63,625 bases of DNA, filler included, from Nitrospiraceae bacterium (GCA_037442105.1; 4 parts of 4 records of this genome joined end to end with filler, not necessarily neighbours in it); one strand, 5' to 3'. Positions 18,945 through 28,700 are shown, counted from the first letter of the whole stretch. Notes: generated by a model from the sequence alone, not told the origin. Translations and numbers: made by a program.

Positions 18945-19658
18945 GTGCATACGGAACAGCAATCAGCGAACCACTCTCCGGGTCGATCAGTACCGAGAAC
19001 CATTCATTGCCTAACAATTGGACAACGCCGTCATCTTCGTGTGGCATGCCTCATAGCAGTCTCCCTGTGCACGATGCTCGGAACAGGCGCCGCCGCCATG
19101 GCACAATCCACCTTTGAGGCTCGCGATGCTGTCAAGAAAGGTACGACCGAAATCGGGGTAGTCGCAGGATTCGCGCAAGCTACCACGGTGATCGGAAACG
19201 CTCAGTCAGCCAACCGAAGCGCAGTGTTCGTGCTGCCGCGTGTGGGAATGGTGGTCACCGATCCGATTGGGACGGAGTGGTGGCAAGGCAATGTGGAGGT
19301 TCTGGTGCAGCCGCTCTTCGCTCGAATCGTGAAACCCTTCGCGTCCGAGGCGGCAGGAGGGACCGTGCTGTTGAAATATAACTTGCTTACATATGGGCGA
19401 TGGATGCCGTTTTGGGATGCAGGGGCCGGGATTATCTGGACGAACTTGGCGCCACGGATTCCCGAACAAAGCACCCAATTTGAATTTGTCCTCCAGACAG
19501 GTCCGGGTGTGCAGTATTTTGTGACTGAACGTCTCACCTGGACAATGGGCATCCGCCTGCATCATGTTTCGAATGCAAACCTGGGTGACCGGAATACGGG
19601 CATCAATGCGGTGCTGACCTATGTTGGCTTGTCGTGGTTCCTACCTGATACACTTTGA
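18945..19658 (+). CDS. PagL/acyloxyacyl hydrolase-like outer-membrane beta-barrel
   Basis: Signal peptide, amphipathic strands, HHVSNA..N.GIN motif; start uncertain. Confidence 0.8.
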   Translation: MHTEQQSANHSPGRSVPRTIHCLTIGQRRHLRVACLIAVSLCTMLGTGAAAMAQSTFEARDAVKKGTTEIGVVAGFAQATTVIGNAQSANRSAVFVLPRVGMVVTDPIGTEWWQGNVEVLVQPLFARIVKPFASEAAGGTVLLKYNLLTYGRWMPFWDAGAGIIWTNLAPRIPEQSTQFEFVLQTGPGVQYFVTERLTWTMGIRLHHVSNANLGDRNTGINAVLTYVGLSWFLPDTL

Positions 19659-19667
19659 CGAAGACCG

Positions 19668-20492
19668 ATGTCCGAGGCCCGAATCGATACTGCCATTCCA
19701 TCACGAACTTTCGCCAGCCTGCGTCTGCTTAAGCTTGTCCTGCTTCTGGCGCTGATCCTGGTGGTCTATGCTGCGGCATCCTGGCTCGACATCGGCAAAC
19801 TCTTACATCCGGAGAAGATTGCCGCACATCTGCAGGCCGCCGGTCCTTTCGGACCGCTCCTGTTCATGCTCCTGATGGCGATGGCAGTTGTTATCAGCCC
19901 GATTCCGAGTTTGCCACTAGATCTCGCGGCGGGAGCGACATTCGGAGTGACACAGGGAACCGTCTATGCCGTTATCGGTGCGGAGATCGGCGCGATTCTC
20001 AGTTTTCTGATCGGCCGCGTGCTGGGCCGTGAAGCCTTGAACAAGATCCTGCGAACCGAGATTACATTTTGCAGGCGCTGCTCAGACCGTCACTTGGTCC
20101 TCTTTGTGTTTTTGGCGCGGCTTCTCCCGATCTTTTCGTTCGACCTCGTGAGCTATGGAGCAGGACTGACCAACATGTCGCTTCGAGCGTTCGCGGTGGC
20201 GACGCTGCTGGGGATGATCGGACCCACCTTTCTGCTCACCTACGCTGGGAGCCAAGTGATCTCAGGAGAGGGGGTGTTGATAGTCCTCGGCTTCGTCATG
20301 GTGGCCTTGCTGCTCCTTCTGCCGAAATTGGTCGTGCGATATCCGAGAGCGCGTTGGGTACGCCTCCTGCGCGGCGACACGCCGGTCCCGACACAGAAGC
20401 AGGCTTCTTCCGCATCTGCATCCATGGGTGCCGTGGAACCAGTCCAGACCTGCGACTCCTGCGGGGCACCGTTGCGTGAGCCCTCTCGATAG
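19668..20492 (+). CDS. TVP38/TMEM64 (VTT/DedA) membrane protein
   Basis: ISPIPSLPL..AGATFG, ARLLPIFSFDLVSYGAGL; extra CRRC and CDSC motifs. Confidence 0.88.
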   Translation: MSEARIDTAIPSRTFASLRLLKLVLLLALILVVYAAASWLDIGKLLHPEKIAAHLQAAGPFGPLLFMLLMAMAVVISPIPSLPLDLAAGATFGVTQGTVYAVIGAEIGAILSFLIGRVLGREALNKILRTEITFCRRCSDRHLVLFVFLARLLPIFSFDLVSYGAGLTNMSLRAFAVATLLGMIGPTFLLTYAGSQVISGEGVLIVLGFVMVALLLLLPKLVVRYPRARWVRLLRGDTPVPTQKQASSASASMGAVEPVQTCDSCGAPLREPSR

Positions 20493-20698
20493 TTCTTGTC
20501 TGTTCTCTTCTTCATGAACGTCTTTTTCTCATCCCGCGGCTGCGTTTTGGGCCTCTCACGAATTCACGAAGCCGCCTCACGAGCGTACCCCGCAGCTGAT
20601 ACGATGTCCGTGGATTTCACGGAGACGGAGCGCGAACTGATTGCGGCCTACGGGTCAGGGTGATGGCGCGGTCGACTCCGGACCGCGCAAGCGATGGA

Positions 20699-21405
20699 TT
20701 ACGACACCAGGCGCGACAGCGCGTCAAACTTGAGGATCACGATGGCTCGACCGTCCATGTGAATGAGGCCATCGTCGCGGAACTGGCCGAGGGTCGTGCT
20801 GACTGTTTCGCGGCTGCAGCCGATCAGGTTGGCCATTTCCTGATGGGTCAACTTGGCCNNNNNNNNNNNNNNNNNNNNNNNNNNNNNNNNNNNNNNNNGC
20901 TCTTGCTCAGTTCGACGAGCAAATGGGCCAACCGCGCCGGCACGTCCCTGAAGACCAAGTCCTCCACTCGGCTCTGGATCTTTCTCAGGCGTAATCCGAT
21001 CAGTTTCGTGAGCTTGACCGTCACATCGGGGTGGGCTGCTAAATACCGATCAAAATCTTCGCGCCGGATGACGCAGATCAGCGTGTCGTCCAGCGCTTCG
21101 GCTGCCGTTTCGCGGGGAGAGCCTTCCAGCACTTCCATCTCCCCGAATACTTCTCCCGGTTCCAGGATTTCGAAGGTCACTTCCTTCCCGCTGGTGTCGG
21201 TATTGGCCAGTTTCACTCGGCCTTGTTTGAGCAGGTAGACATTGCTGCTCGGATCGCCTGGCAGGTAGAGGGGCTGGCGTTTTTTCACTTCCTGCATGCG
21301 CGTGATCCGCTCCATCTCCTGCATCTCGGACGGAGTCATACCATCGAACAACCGGATGTGCTTGAGGTACCAGAGTTTGCTGGGAGCCGACGGCACACGT
21401 TCCAT
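20699..21405 (-). CDS. Crp/Fnr family transcriptional regulator (spans a 40-N assembly gap)
   Basis: cNMP domain (VYLLKQGRVK, EVFGE..PR); HTH LTHQEMANLIGCSRETVS after the gap; TAA at 20699. Confidence 0.9.
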
Positions 21406-21511
21406 AGTCCCGTTCACTTGAGAGGCTTGTAGATTACCTGAGGGTAGAGAGAGAAGACAATGCCACAGCGACTCATCTCCTATCATTGACTATCCGGAGA
21501 GATATTACAGA

Positions 21512-21533
21512 AACTGTGAGGTCACTGACAGTT
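21512..21533. promoter_or_regulatory. Crp-family box between the regulator and the divergent gene
   Basis: AAC-TGTGA-GGTCAC-TGACA-GTT. Confidence 0.6.
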
Positions 21534-21546
21534 CAAAAGAGGAGCC

Positions 21547-22902
21547 ATGGCGCGGACCGTCTTCGCATCTCTGGGCGTTTTGTCGCTTCTCGCCCTCGGG
21601 GGCTTCGCCTGGTTCGCCGATCGCTACGACGGCCGGCCTCACCAAGCTGTGTCGCTGACCGCTTTTGCCAAAGAGGAGTATCCGGAAGACCCTGAGCTGA
21701 CAAGCCACCGCTTTGGTACCTATCCTCATCGACGGCTCATCATTGAACGCCTCGACGGTACCCGTTTTCGTTTTCTTCTGGAACCTACCTCACCACACGC
21801 GTCGGCGATTGAACTCACCGATGTGGATCTCGCCCACTTCGTGGCGGCTGTGCCTCTCTGGGTGAAGAGGGACGCCGATCTCACGAAGATCGGATTGATC
21901 GATCGCGAATGGAACCGGCAGCAGGTGCGGTTTCCGAGGACATCACCCCACGTGCAGGTGCGCGATGGCGGGGACGGATTTGAGCAGCGGGTGCTGAGCC
22001 GAGTGGACCTCGCGCGCAACTGCTTAAATGCAGGCCTGTGGGAACTCTTGCTCTTCACAATGGAAGACGGCGAGGAGCGAGTGTATGAACACCTCTGGTT
22101 CACCTTCCCGCTCGGACTCTACAAGCAGCTCTTCGAAGAGGTCAACGGCCTGTCCTACTGGTCGTACTGGTGGAAACTGGAACATTGGGTCGATCCATCA
22201 GGGACGCCGATCCGTCTCGAACGGCTGAGATCTGTCGAGCAGCAGTGGACCATCCAGGCGACGGCGCAGTGGGACGAGCCTGTCGCGGCCTCAGGCGAGC
22301 AGATCCGGAAACGAAAGAACATCCTAACGCCCGTCGCCGCCACCTATCACGACTGGTACCAAGGACCGGTTCAGTTTGCGAGCTTTATTCCGCCGGGGCG
22401 ATACTCGCGGTCGCATCCCCGTGACACCGCACTGCACTATCTCGCAGAACTCGCCGGGGCTACCCTGCGGCAGGTAAAGCTTTCCGGAGGAGCCGAGTCA
22501 CTCTTCGAGATTGAGCTCGCCTTTCGCAGTAACAAGACTCAGGAAGCCACTCGGCTGATTGTGGGCGGACTGGATCTGAAGACAATTCCAGCGGCGTCTC
22601 CGGAGCAGTATGTTCGTGGCTGGCAGGCGCCACTCGGCATTGGCAATCCGAGTTTTTTCGAATCCTACGAGCAGGTCTTGGACAATCCTCCGGTCCAACG
22701 CACATTCTACGGCTTCCATCTCGACGCGCAGAACCGCTGGCTCGACCATCACGCCGTCGGCGTGGATGGACCGCTCTTGCACTGGGACTCCGATGACTCA
22801 TCCTTATTGCATCTCTACCTCCTCAGTTATGAACGCCATGCACTGTTGAACCACTTCGTGTTGAGTATGCCGCTGGGATTTCACACACACTCACCACGAT
22901 AA
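21547..22902 (+). CDS. Exported hypothetical protein (451 aa)
   Basis: N-terminal signal/anchor, GAGGAG RBS, long ORF; no family recognised. Confidence 0.8.
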   Translation: MARTVFASLGVLSLLALGGFAWFADRYDGRPHQAVSLTAFAKEEYPEDPELTSHRFGTYPHRRLIIERLDGTRFRFLLEPTSPHASAIELTDVDLAHFVAAVPLWVKRDADLTKIGLIDREWNRQQVRFPRTSPHVQVRDGGDGFEQRVLSRVDLARNCLNAGLWELLLFTMEDGEERVYEHLWFTFPLGLYKQLFEEVNGLSYWSYWWKLEHWVDPSGTPIRLERLRSVEQQWTIQATAQWDEPVAASGEQIRKRKNILTPVAATYHDWYQGPVQFASFIPPGRYSRSHPRDTALHYLAELAGATLRQVKLSGGAESLFEIELAFRSNKTQEATRLIVGGLDLKTIPAASPEQYVRGWQAPLGIGNPSFFESYEQVLDNPPVQRTFYGFHLDAQNRWLDHHAVGVDGPLLHWDSDDSSLLHLYLLSYERHALLNHFVLSMPLGFHTHSPR

Positions 22903-23004
22903 GCGGGAATGAACGGGGCTCTTTGCAGAGGGCGTGATTTCTCTACCATAAACGGGTAAGCTTCTGGCGGCTTAAACATAAAACTCTGGAGCAACGCCAA
23001 CGAG

Positions 23005-24987
23005 ATGAGCAATGGCGATCTGAACTGGATTGCAAACTTCATTTGGGGGATCGCGGACGATGTCTTGCGCGACCTCTACGTGCGGGGGAAGTACCGGGAT
23101 GTCATTCTGCCGATGACGGTCCTACGCCGGCTCGATGCTGTGCTGGAGCCCACCAAGCAAGCTGTGCTGGGCATGAAAGCCTCACTCGATAAGGCCAAGG
23201 TCGTTCACCAAGATCCGGCGTTGCGTCAGGCGGCTGGACAGGACTTCTACAACACCTCGGAGTTCACGCTGCGCGACCTCAAGGCGCGAGCGAGTCAGCA
23301 GCAGCTCAAGGCCGACTTCGAGGCGTACCTGGACGGCTTCTCGCCGAACGTACAGGACATCCTCGAAAAGTTCGAGTTTCGCAATCAGATTCCGCGCCTG
23401 TCCAAAGCCGACGCGCTCGGCACGCTGATCAATAAGTTCCTCTCGCCGGATATCAACCTCAGTCCCAATCCCGTGAAGAACAACGATGGCTCCGTGAAGC
23501 ACCCGGGACTCGACAACCACGCGATGGGGACGATCTTCGAGGAACTGGTCCGCCGGTTCAACGAAGAGAACAATGAAGAGGCCGGCGAGCACTGGACACC
23601 GCGCGATGCCGTCAAGCTGATGGCCAAACTGATCTTCTTGCCGATCGCCGATCAGATTCAGTCGGGCACATACCTGCTCTATGACGGAGCCTGCGGGACA
23701 GGCGGCATGCTCACGGTGGCGGAAGAAACGCTGCAACAACTGGCAAGCGAACATAAGAAAAAGGTGGCCACGCATCTCTATGGGCAAGAGATTAACGCCG
23801 AGACCTATGCCATTGCCAAGGCCGACCTGTTGCTGAAAGGCGAAGGCGAAGCGGCGGACAACATTGTCGGTGGGCCGGAGCACTCCACGCTTTCGAACGA
23901 TGCGTTCCCCTCCCGTGAATTTGACTTCATGCTCTCCAATCCCCCTTACGGCAAGAGCTGGAAGAGCGACCTCGAACGAATGGGTGGGAAAGATGGCATC
24001 AAAGACTCGCGCTTCGTGATTCAGCATGCAGGGGAGGCTGAATATTCGCTGGTCACGCGCTCCAGCGACGGTCAGATGCTGTTCCTGGCCAATATGCTCT
24101 CGAAGATGAAACACAAGACAAAGCTCGGCAGCCGGATCGCCGAGGTGCACAACGGCTCGTCGCTCTTCACGGGCGATGCCGGCCAGGGCGAGAGTAACAT
24201 CCGCCGCTGGATCATTGAGAACGATTGGCTCGAAGCCATCGTCGCGCTGCCGCTCAACATGTTCTACAACACCGGCATCGCGACCTATATCTGGGTGCTC
24301 AGCAACAGAAAACCAGCCCATCGCAAGGGCAAGGTGCAGCTCATCGATGCCACCCAGTGGTTCAAGCCGCTCCGCAAGAACCTCGGCAAGAAGAATTGCG
24401 AACTGTCGGATGAAGACATCCAGCGGATCTGTCAGTCCTTTCTCGACTTCAAAGAGTCCGAGCAATCGAAGATATTTCCCAATGCGGCATTCGGCTATTG
24501 GAAAGTAACGGTCGAACGACCTTTACGGCTCAAGGGAATTGACCCGAACCGTCCCTATACTCCCAAGGAGATTAAAGCGCTGAGGGAGACCGCCGAGCGA
24601 GACGAGAAAGCGCCGCCGGTCATCAAGAAGGTTCATAAGAAAGGGACAAAGCCCGATCCGCTACGCGGTCTGTTCGAGGCAACTATTGATAGCAAGGCCT
24701 GTGTCGTCGAATACGAAGCCGACACGGAACTGCGCGATACTGAGCAGATTCCGCTGCTGGAAGAAGGCGGCATCGAAGCCTTTCTCCGTCGCGAAGTGCT
24801 GCCCCATGTGCCTGATGCGTGGTATGACGCGGAGAGTGTCAAGACCGGCTACGAGATCAGCTTCACGCGCTACTTCTACAAGCCGCAGCCGCTGCGAACG
24901 CTAGAGGAGATTCGAGCCGATATCCTCGCGCTTGAAAAGGAAACAGAGGGGCTGCTCGGTGAGATTATCGGGAGCGACAAGGCATGA
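23005..24987 (+). CDS. hsdM: Type I restriction-modification methyltransferase subunit M
   Basis: AGEHWTPR, YDGACGTGGML, NPPY motif IV. Confidence 0.96.
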   Translation: MSNGDLNWIANFIWGIADDVLRDLYVRGKYRDVILPMTVLRRLDAVLEPTKQAVLGMKASLDKAKVVHQDPALRQAAGQDFYNTSEFTLRDLKARASQQQLKADFEAYLDGFSPNVQDILEKFEFRNQIPRLSKADALGTLINKFLSPDINLSPNPVKNNDGSVKHPGLDNHAMGTIFEELVRRFNEENNEEAGEHWTPRDAVKLMAKLIFLPIADQIQSGTYLLYDGACGTGGMLTVAEETLQQLASEHKKKVATHLYGQEINAETYAIAKADLLLKGEGEAADNIVGGPEHSTLSNDAFPSREFDFMLSNPPYGKSWKSDLERMGGKDGIKDSRFVIQHAGEAEYSLVTRSSDGQMLFLANMLSKMKHKTKLGSRIAEVHNGSSLFTGDAGQGESNIRRWIIENDWLEAIVALPLNMFYNTGIATYIWVLSNRKPAHRKGKVQLIDATQWFKPLRKNLGKKNCELSDEDIQRICQSFLDFKESEQSKIFPNAAFGYWKVTVERPLRLKGIDPNRPYTPKEIKALRETAERDEKAPPVIKKVHKKGTKPDPLRGLFEATIDSKACVVEYEADTELRDTEQIPLLEEGGIEAFLRREVLPHVPDAWYDAESVKTGYEISFTRYFYKPQPLRTLEEIRADILALEKETEGLLGEIIGSDKA

Positions 24988-25625
24988 TCCCGTATGATCC
25001 TCAACACCATCATCGGCGTTCCATTCGATTGAATGGATACGATTACGGCCGCGCCGGAGCATATTTCGTGACTGTATGTACGAAGGGCCGAGCATGTTTA
25101 TTCGGCGACATCGTTCACGGCCTTATGGTGTTGAATGAGGCAGGACGGGTGGTGGATGGATGTTGGAAGGACATTCCTTCACATTTCCCCCAGGTTGAAT
25201 TGGGCAAATTTGTCGTTATGCCGAACCACATTCACGGAATTTTGAGGATTATGGACGCCGCAGGGGCGAAAGATGTTTCGCCCCTACGGGCACGGCGGCC
25301 TGGCACATCAAACACGACCGGGTCTGTCATCCGAGGGTTCAAAATCGGCATAACCAGATGGATGCGGGCGAACACGGATGTCCACGACGTGTGGCAACGT
25401 AATTATCATGACCACATCATTCGGGACGAATCCTCCCTGAGCCGTATCAGGGAATACATTGCCAATAATCCAGCCTCTTGGGCAGATGATGCCGAGAATC
25501 CCGATCACATTGGGCCGGCCAGCGAGGATCATTGGGAAGATGCAGGGGCAGACGGCCGATTCCCAATCCCCGCAGGGGCGAAACATATTTCGCCCCTACC
25601 CACGGACAATGGCCGATACCCATGA
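24984..25625 (+). CDS. REP-associated tyrosine transposase (RAYT, Y1/HUH family)
   Basis: RRSIRL.GYDY, YFVT.C, MPNHIHG (HUH), WQRNYHDHIIR, YIANNP catalytic Tyr. Confidence 0.9.
   Translation: MIPYDPQHHHRRSIRLNGYDYGRAGAYFVTVCTKGRACLFGDIVHGLMVLNEAGRVVDGCWKDIPSHFPQVELGKFVVMPNHIHGILRIMDAAGAKDVSPLRARRPGTSNTTGSVIRGFKIGITRWMRANTDVHDVWQRNYHDHIIRDESSLSRIREYIANNPASWADDAENPDHIGPASEDHWEDAGADGRFPIPAGAKHISPLPTDNGRYP
25260..25287 (-). repeat. GTAG-type REP inside the RAYT gene
   Basis: Minus strand GTAG-GGGCGAAA-CATC-TTTCGCCCCTGC. Confidence 0.8.
25572..25599 (-). repeat. GTAG-type REP at the RAYT 3' end
   Basis: Minus strand GTAG-GGGCGAAA-TATG-TTTCGCCCCTGC. Confidence 0.8.
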
Positions 25626-27007
25626 TCGCCGATCTCAAACCCTATCCCGTTTACAAGGATTCCGGCGTACCGTGGCTGGGCGAGGTGCCGGAGCATTGGG
25701 AAGTGTTGCCGAATAGGGCAGTCTTCACCGAAGTTAAACAGCGTGATCATCCCGACGAACAGATGTTGTCCGTGACGATCAAGAGCGGTGTCATTCATCA
25801 GCGGGCTTTGCTCGCGGACAGCTCTAAAAAGGATAGTTCGAATCAAGACAAATCCGCCTATAAACTCGTCCTTCCTGGAGACATCGCATATAACAAGATG
25901 CGGGCGTGGCAGGGTGCAATCGGAGCTTCTGACCACAAAGGAATAGTCAGCCCTGCCTATGTCGTACAGCGACCGTGCGAAGGAGCTGATTCGCGCTATC
26001 TCCACTATCTGCTGCGAACTTCGGCATTCGCAAAAGAAGCCGAGCGATGGTCCTACGGTATAACTTCGGACATGTGGAGCTTGCGGCCCGAGCACTTCAA
26101 AATGATCTATTGCTCGCTTCCAACCAAGGAGGAACAATCCGCCATCGTTCGCTTCCTCGACCACGCGGACCGTGGAGTTAAGCGCTACATCCGTGCAAAG
26201 CAGAAGCTCATCAAGCTGCTTGAAGAGCAGAAGCAGGCTATCATCCACCGCGCCGTTACCCGGGGCCTCCCTTCGACAAGCTCAGGGCAGGCGACCCCCA
26301 ATGTCCGCCTCAAGTCCTCCGGCGTCGAATGGCTTGGTGACGTACCAGAGCATTGGGAGGTAAAGAGACTCAAGTGGGTCACTAGGCTTCAGCGTGGCTA
26401 CGACCTCCCCGCTGAGCAACGGATTCCTGGTCCGTTCCCAGTCGTGTCATCCGGTGGAATTATAGGCACGCATTCTGAGTCGCAGTCGAATGGTCCAGGG
26501 GTTGTGATGGGTCGCTATGGCTCAACTGACGCGGTATTTTTCATCGAGTCAGACTTCTGGCCTCACAACACTGCATTGTTCGTCACAGACTTCCAGGGAA
26601 ACCGCCCCCGCTGGTGCTACTTCATGTTGCGCACTATCTCGAAAGCCGACCACTCTGGCAAGTCAGCAGTACCGGGGGTTGACCGGAAAGATCTCTATGA
26701 AGTCGAAGTGGCTGTGCCCCCCGTCGGCGAGCAGGATGCAATTGTCGCGGGAGTCGAGAATGCATCTGAATGGCTCGACAGAGCGGTCGCAGGCGCCCAG
26801 CGCGAAATCTCCCTTCTCCGTGAATACCGCACCCGTCTGATCGCCGACGTGGTCACCGGCAAGCTCGATGTGCGAGAGGCAGCAGCCAAGTTGCCGGATG
26901 AGATTGATGAGCCTGAACTGCTCGACGTGGCCGAATCGCCTATCGAAGATGAGGAAGACGTGGAGGGTGCTGACCTCGATGCTGCTACCGATGAGGCCGA
27001 GGCGTGA
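25622..27007 (+). CDS. hsdS: Type I R-M specificity subunit S
   Basis: Two SGV.WLG.VPEHWEV repeats, P..EQ..I, LIADVVTGK; start at the ATGA overlap. Confidence 0.93.
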   Translation: MIADLKPYPVYKDSGVPWLGEVPEHWEVLPNRAVFTEVKQRDHPDEQMLSVTIKSGVIHQRALLADSSKKDSSNQDKSAYKLVLPGDIAYNKMRAWQGAIGASDHKGIVSPAYVVQRPCEGADSRYLHYLLRTSAFAKEAERWSYGITSDMWSLRPEHFKMIYCSLPTKEEQSAIVRFLDHADRGVKRYIRAKQKLIKLLEEQKQAIIHRAVTRGLPSTSSGQATPNVRLKSSGVEWLGDVPEHWEVKRLKWVTRLQRGYDLPAEQRIPGPFPVVSSGGIIGTHSESQSNGPGVVMGRYGSTDAVFFIESDFWPHNTALFVTDFQGNRPRWCYFMLRTISKADHSGKSAVPGVDRKDLYEVEVAVPPVGEQDAIVAGVENASEWLDRAVAGAQREISLLREYRTRLIADVVTGKLDVREAAAKLPDEIDEPELLDVAESPIEDEEDVEGADLDAATDEAEA

Positions 27008-28500
27008 CTGCAGACCGAACCAATGACCATCTCGTTGGAATGGTACGCGAATTAACCGCGTTACCTCGGGAGACCGAGTTGGTCGAGTTCAAGGTCAACA
27101 ATGCGAACCCCATTGAGATCGGCGAATTGATCTCTGCGCTGGCGAACTCGGCTGTGTTGCTCGGCGAGCCTCGGGCTTATGTCTTATGGGGCGTCGAGGA
27201 CGGCACGAGGAGAATAGTCGGCACTTCATTCGAACCTGCGACAGTCAAGCAGGGCAACGAAGATCTGGAGCACTGGCTTACACGCCTGCTGCAACCCCAG
27301 GTCCCCTTCCGGTTCCATACGTGTGAGGTGGATGGTGCACGTGTCGTACTCCTAGAGATCGACAGCGCGCTGCATCAGCCTGTTCGCTTCAACGGGGAGG
27401 AGTACATTCGGGTTGGCTCATACAAGAAGAAGCTCAAGGATCATCCGGAGAAGGAGCGCGCACTCTGGAAGCGCTTCACGGCGACCGCCTTTGAGGATGG
27501 AATGGCCGCGCAGCGATTGAGCGGTGAGGAGGTCCTTCAACTGCTGGCGTTCCCGTCGTATTTCGACCTTCTCCAGGTTCCACTCCCGCCTAATCAATCT
27601 GGTATCCTCGCTGCCTTAGAAGGTGATGGCCTGGTTCAGCGGTCCCAGGGTGGCATGTGGAGCATCACCAACCTCGGAGCGATCCTGTTCGCCAAGGACC
27701 TTTCGAGGTTCGACGGCCTTCGGCGGAAGGTTGTGCGGGTCATTCAGTATGCCGGGAAGGGGCGCATCCTCACGACGAAAGAACAATCGTTTGCGCCCGG
27801 CTATGCCGTGGGCTTTGAGGCGCTCATCCAAAGTGTGATTGCGCTGCTTCCCACGAACGAGGTGATCGAGCAGGCCCTGCGTAAGGTTGTGCCAATGTTT
27901 CCCCCGCTTGTTATCCGAGAAGTAGTCGCGAATGCGCTCATCCATCAAGATTTCTCCATCACAGGTGCGGGGCCAATGGTCGAAGTATTTGACGATCGCG
28001 TGGAGATCACAAATCCTGGCCGGCCGTTGGTTCCTACCGATCGCCTGCTCGATCAGCCGCCGCGTTCGCGCAATGAGAAACTGGCCTCGCTGATGCGACG
28101 GTTTGGTATTTGTGAGGAGCGCGGCAGCGGGATCGACAAGGTCGTGTTCCAGATCGAACTATTTCAGCTCCCTGCGCCCTTGTTTGAGGTTCCAGGTGAC
28201 TTCATGCGTGTTGTGCTCTTCGGCCATCGCACGTTGAAGGATATGGAGAAGGCGGATCGCATACGGGCGTGCTACCTGCATGCGTGTCTGCGCTATGTGA
28301 CCCGTGAGCCTATGACCAATACCTCGCTCCGGGAGCGTTTTGGGATCGGTGAGAAGAACGCGGCCCTGGCCTCTCGCCTGCTTACTGAGGCAGTCGAGGC
28401 GGGCGTGATTCTGGTGCGCGATCCCGAGGCTGGGACACGTAATCGGACCTATTTACCATTCTGGGTGGGAGCGAGCGCAGTGAAGGAAGGGACTGCTTGA
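27004..28500 (+). CDS. Schlafen/AlbA_2 + HATPase-like + C-terminal wHTH protein
   Basis: ETELVEFK..ALAN..WGVEDG; REVVANALIHQDF..DDRVEITNPG..EERGSG; TNTSLRERFG. Confidence 0.85.
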   Translation: MTADRTNDHLVGMVRELTALPRETELVEFKVNNANPIEIGELISALANSAVLLGEPRAYVLWGVEDGTRRIVGTSFEPATVKQGNEDLEHWLTRLLQPQVPFRFHTCEVDGARVVLLEIDSALHQPVRFNGEEYIRVGSYKKKLKDHPEKERALWKRFTATAFEDGMAAQRLSGEEVLQLLAFPSYFDLLQVPLPPNQSGILAALEGDGLVQRSQGGMWSITNLGAILFAKDLSRFDGLRRKVVRVIQYAGKGRILTTKEQSFAPGYAVGFEALIQSVIALLPTNEVIEQALRKVVPMFPPLVIREVVANALIHQDFSITGAGPMVEVFDDRVEITNPGRPLVPTDRLLDQPPRSRNEKLASLMRRFGICEERGSGIDKVVFQIELFQLPAPLFEVPGDFMRVVLFGHRTLKDMEKADRIRACYLHACLRYVTREPMTNTSLRERFGIGEKNAALASRLLTEAVEAGVILVRDPEAGTRNRTYLPFWVGASAVKEGTA

Positions 28501-28693
28501 TGCTTGACCTCCTTCTGGCTAGATTTAGATCCATCGTTCTTCATAACATGTTGATATACCGTGATGTGTGCTTCCTTGCATTGCTTGACGGTTGCTTGAT
28601 TAGAGAGGGTGTCATAGGCGGATCCTCGCGTACGTTTCCTTTGAAATCAATAGGTAAGGGCTCCACTTTTGTTTGATGGGTATTTGATTAGAG
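28494..28693 (+). repeat. TGCTTGA-type direct repeats upstream of hsdR
   Basis: TGCTTGA at 28494, 28501, 28582, 28593; variants at 28670 and 28681. Confidence 0.6.
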
Positions 28694-28700
28694 GCTCCTT

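Noticed and set aside
20600..20663. Short peptide MSVDFTETERELIAAYGSG as a gene remnant
   Set aside because: Too short to assign without a database search
20848..20898. Apparent frameshift or truncation of the Crp regulator
   Set aside because: Caused by a 40-N gap of estimated length; the HTH continues intact beyond it
23182..24465. 427-aa antisense ORF, and similar long shadow ORFs such as 12094-13008 and 58741-59763
   Set aside because: They overlap well-identified genes on the other strand and show no motifs; typical of GC-rich DNA
25532..25621. N-terminal extension of HsdS in the ORF track
   Set aside because: Overlaps the RAYT gene and REP; ATG 25622 gives the typical MIADLKPY start with ATGA coupling
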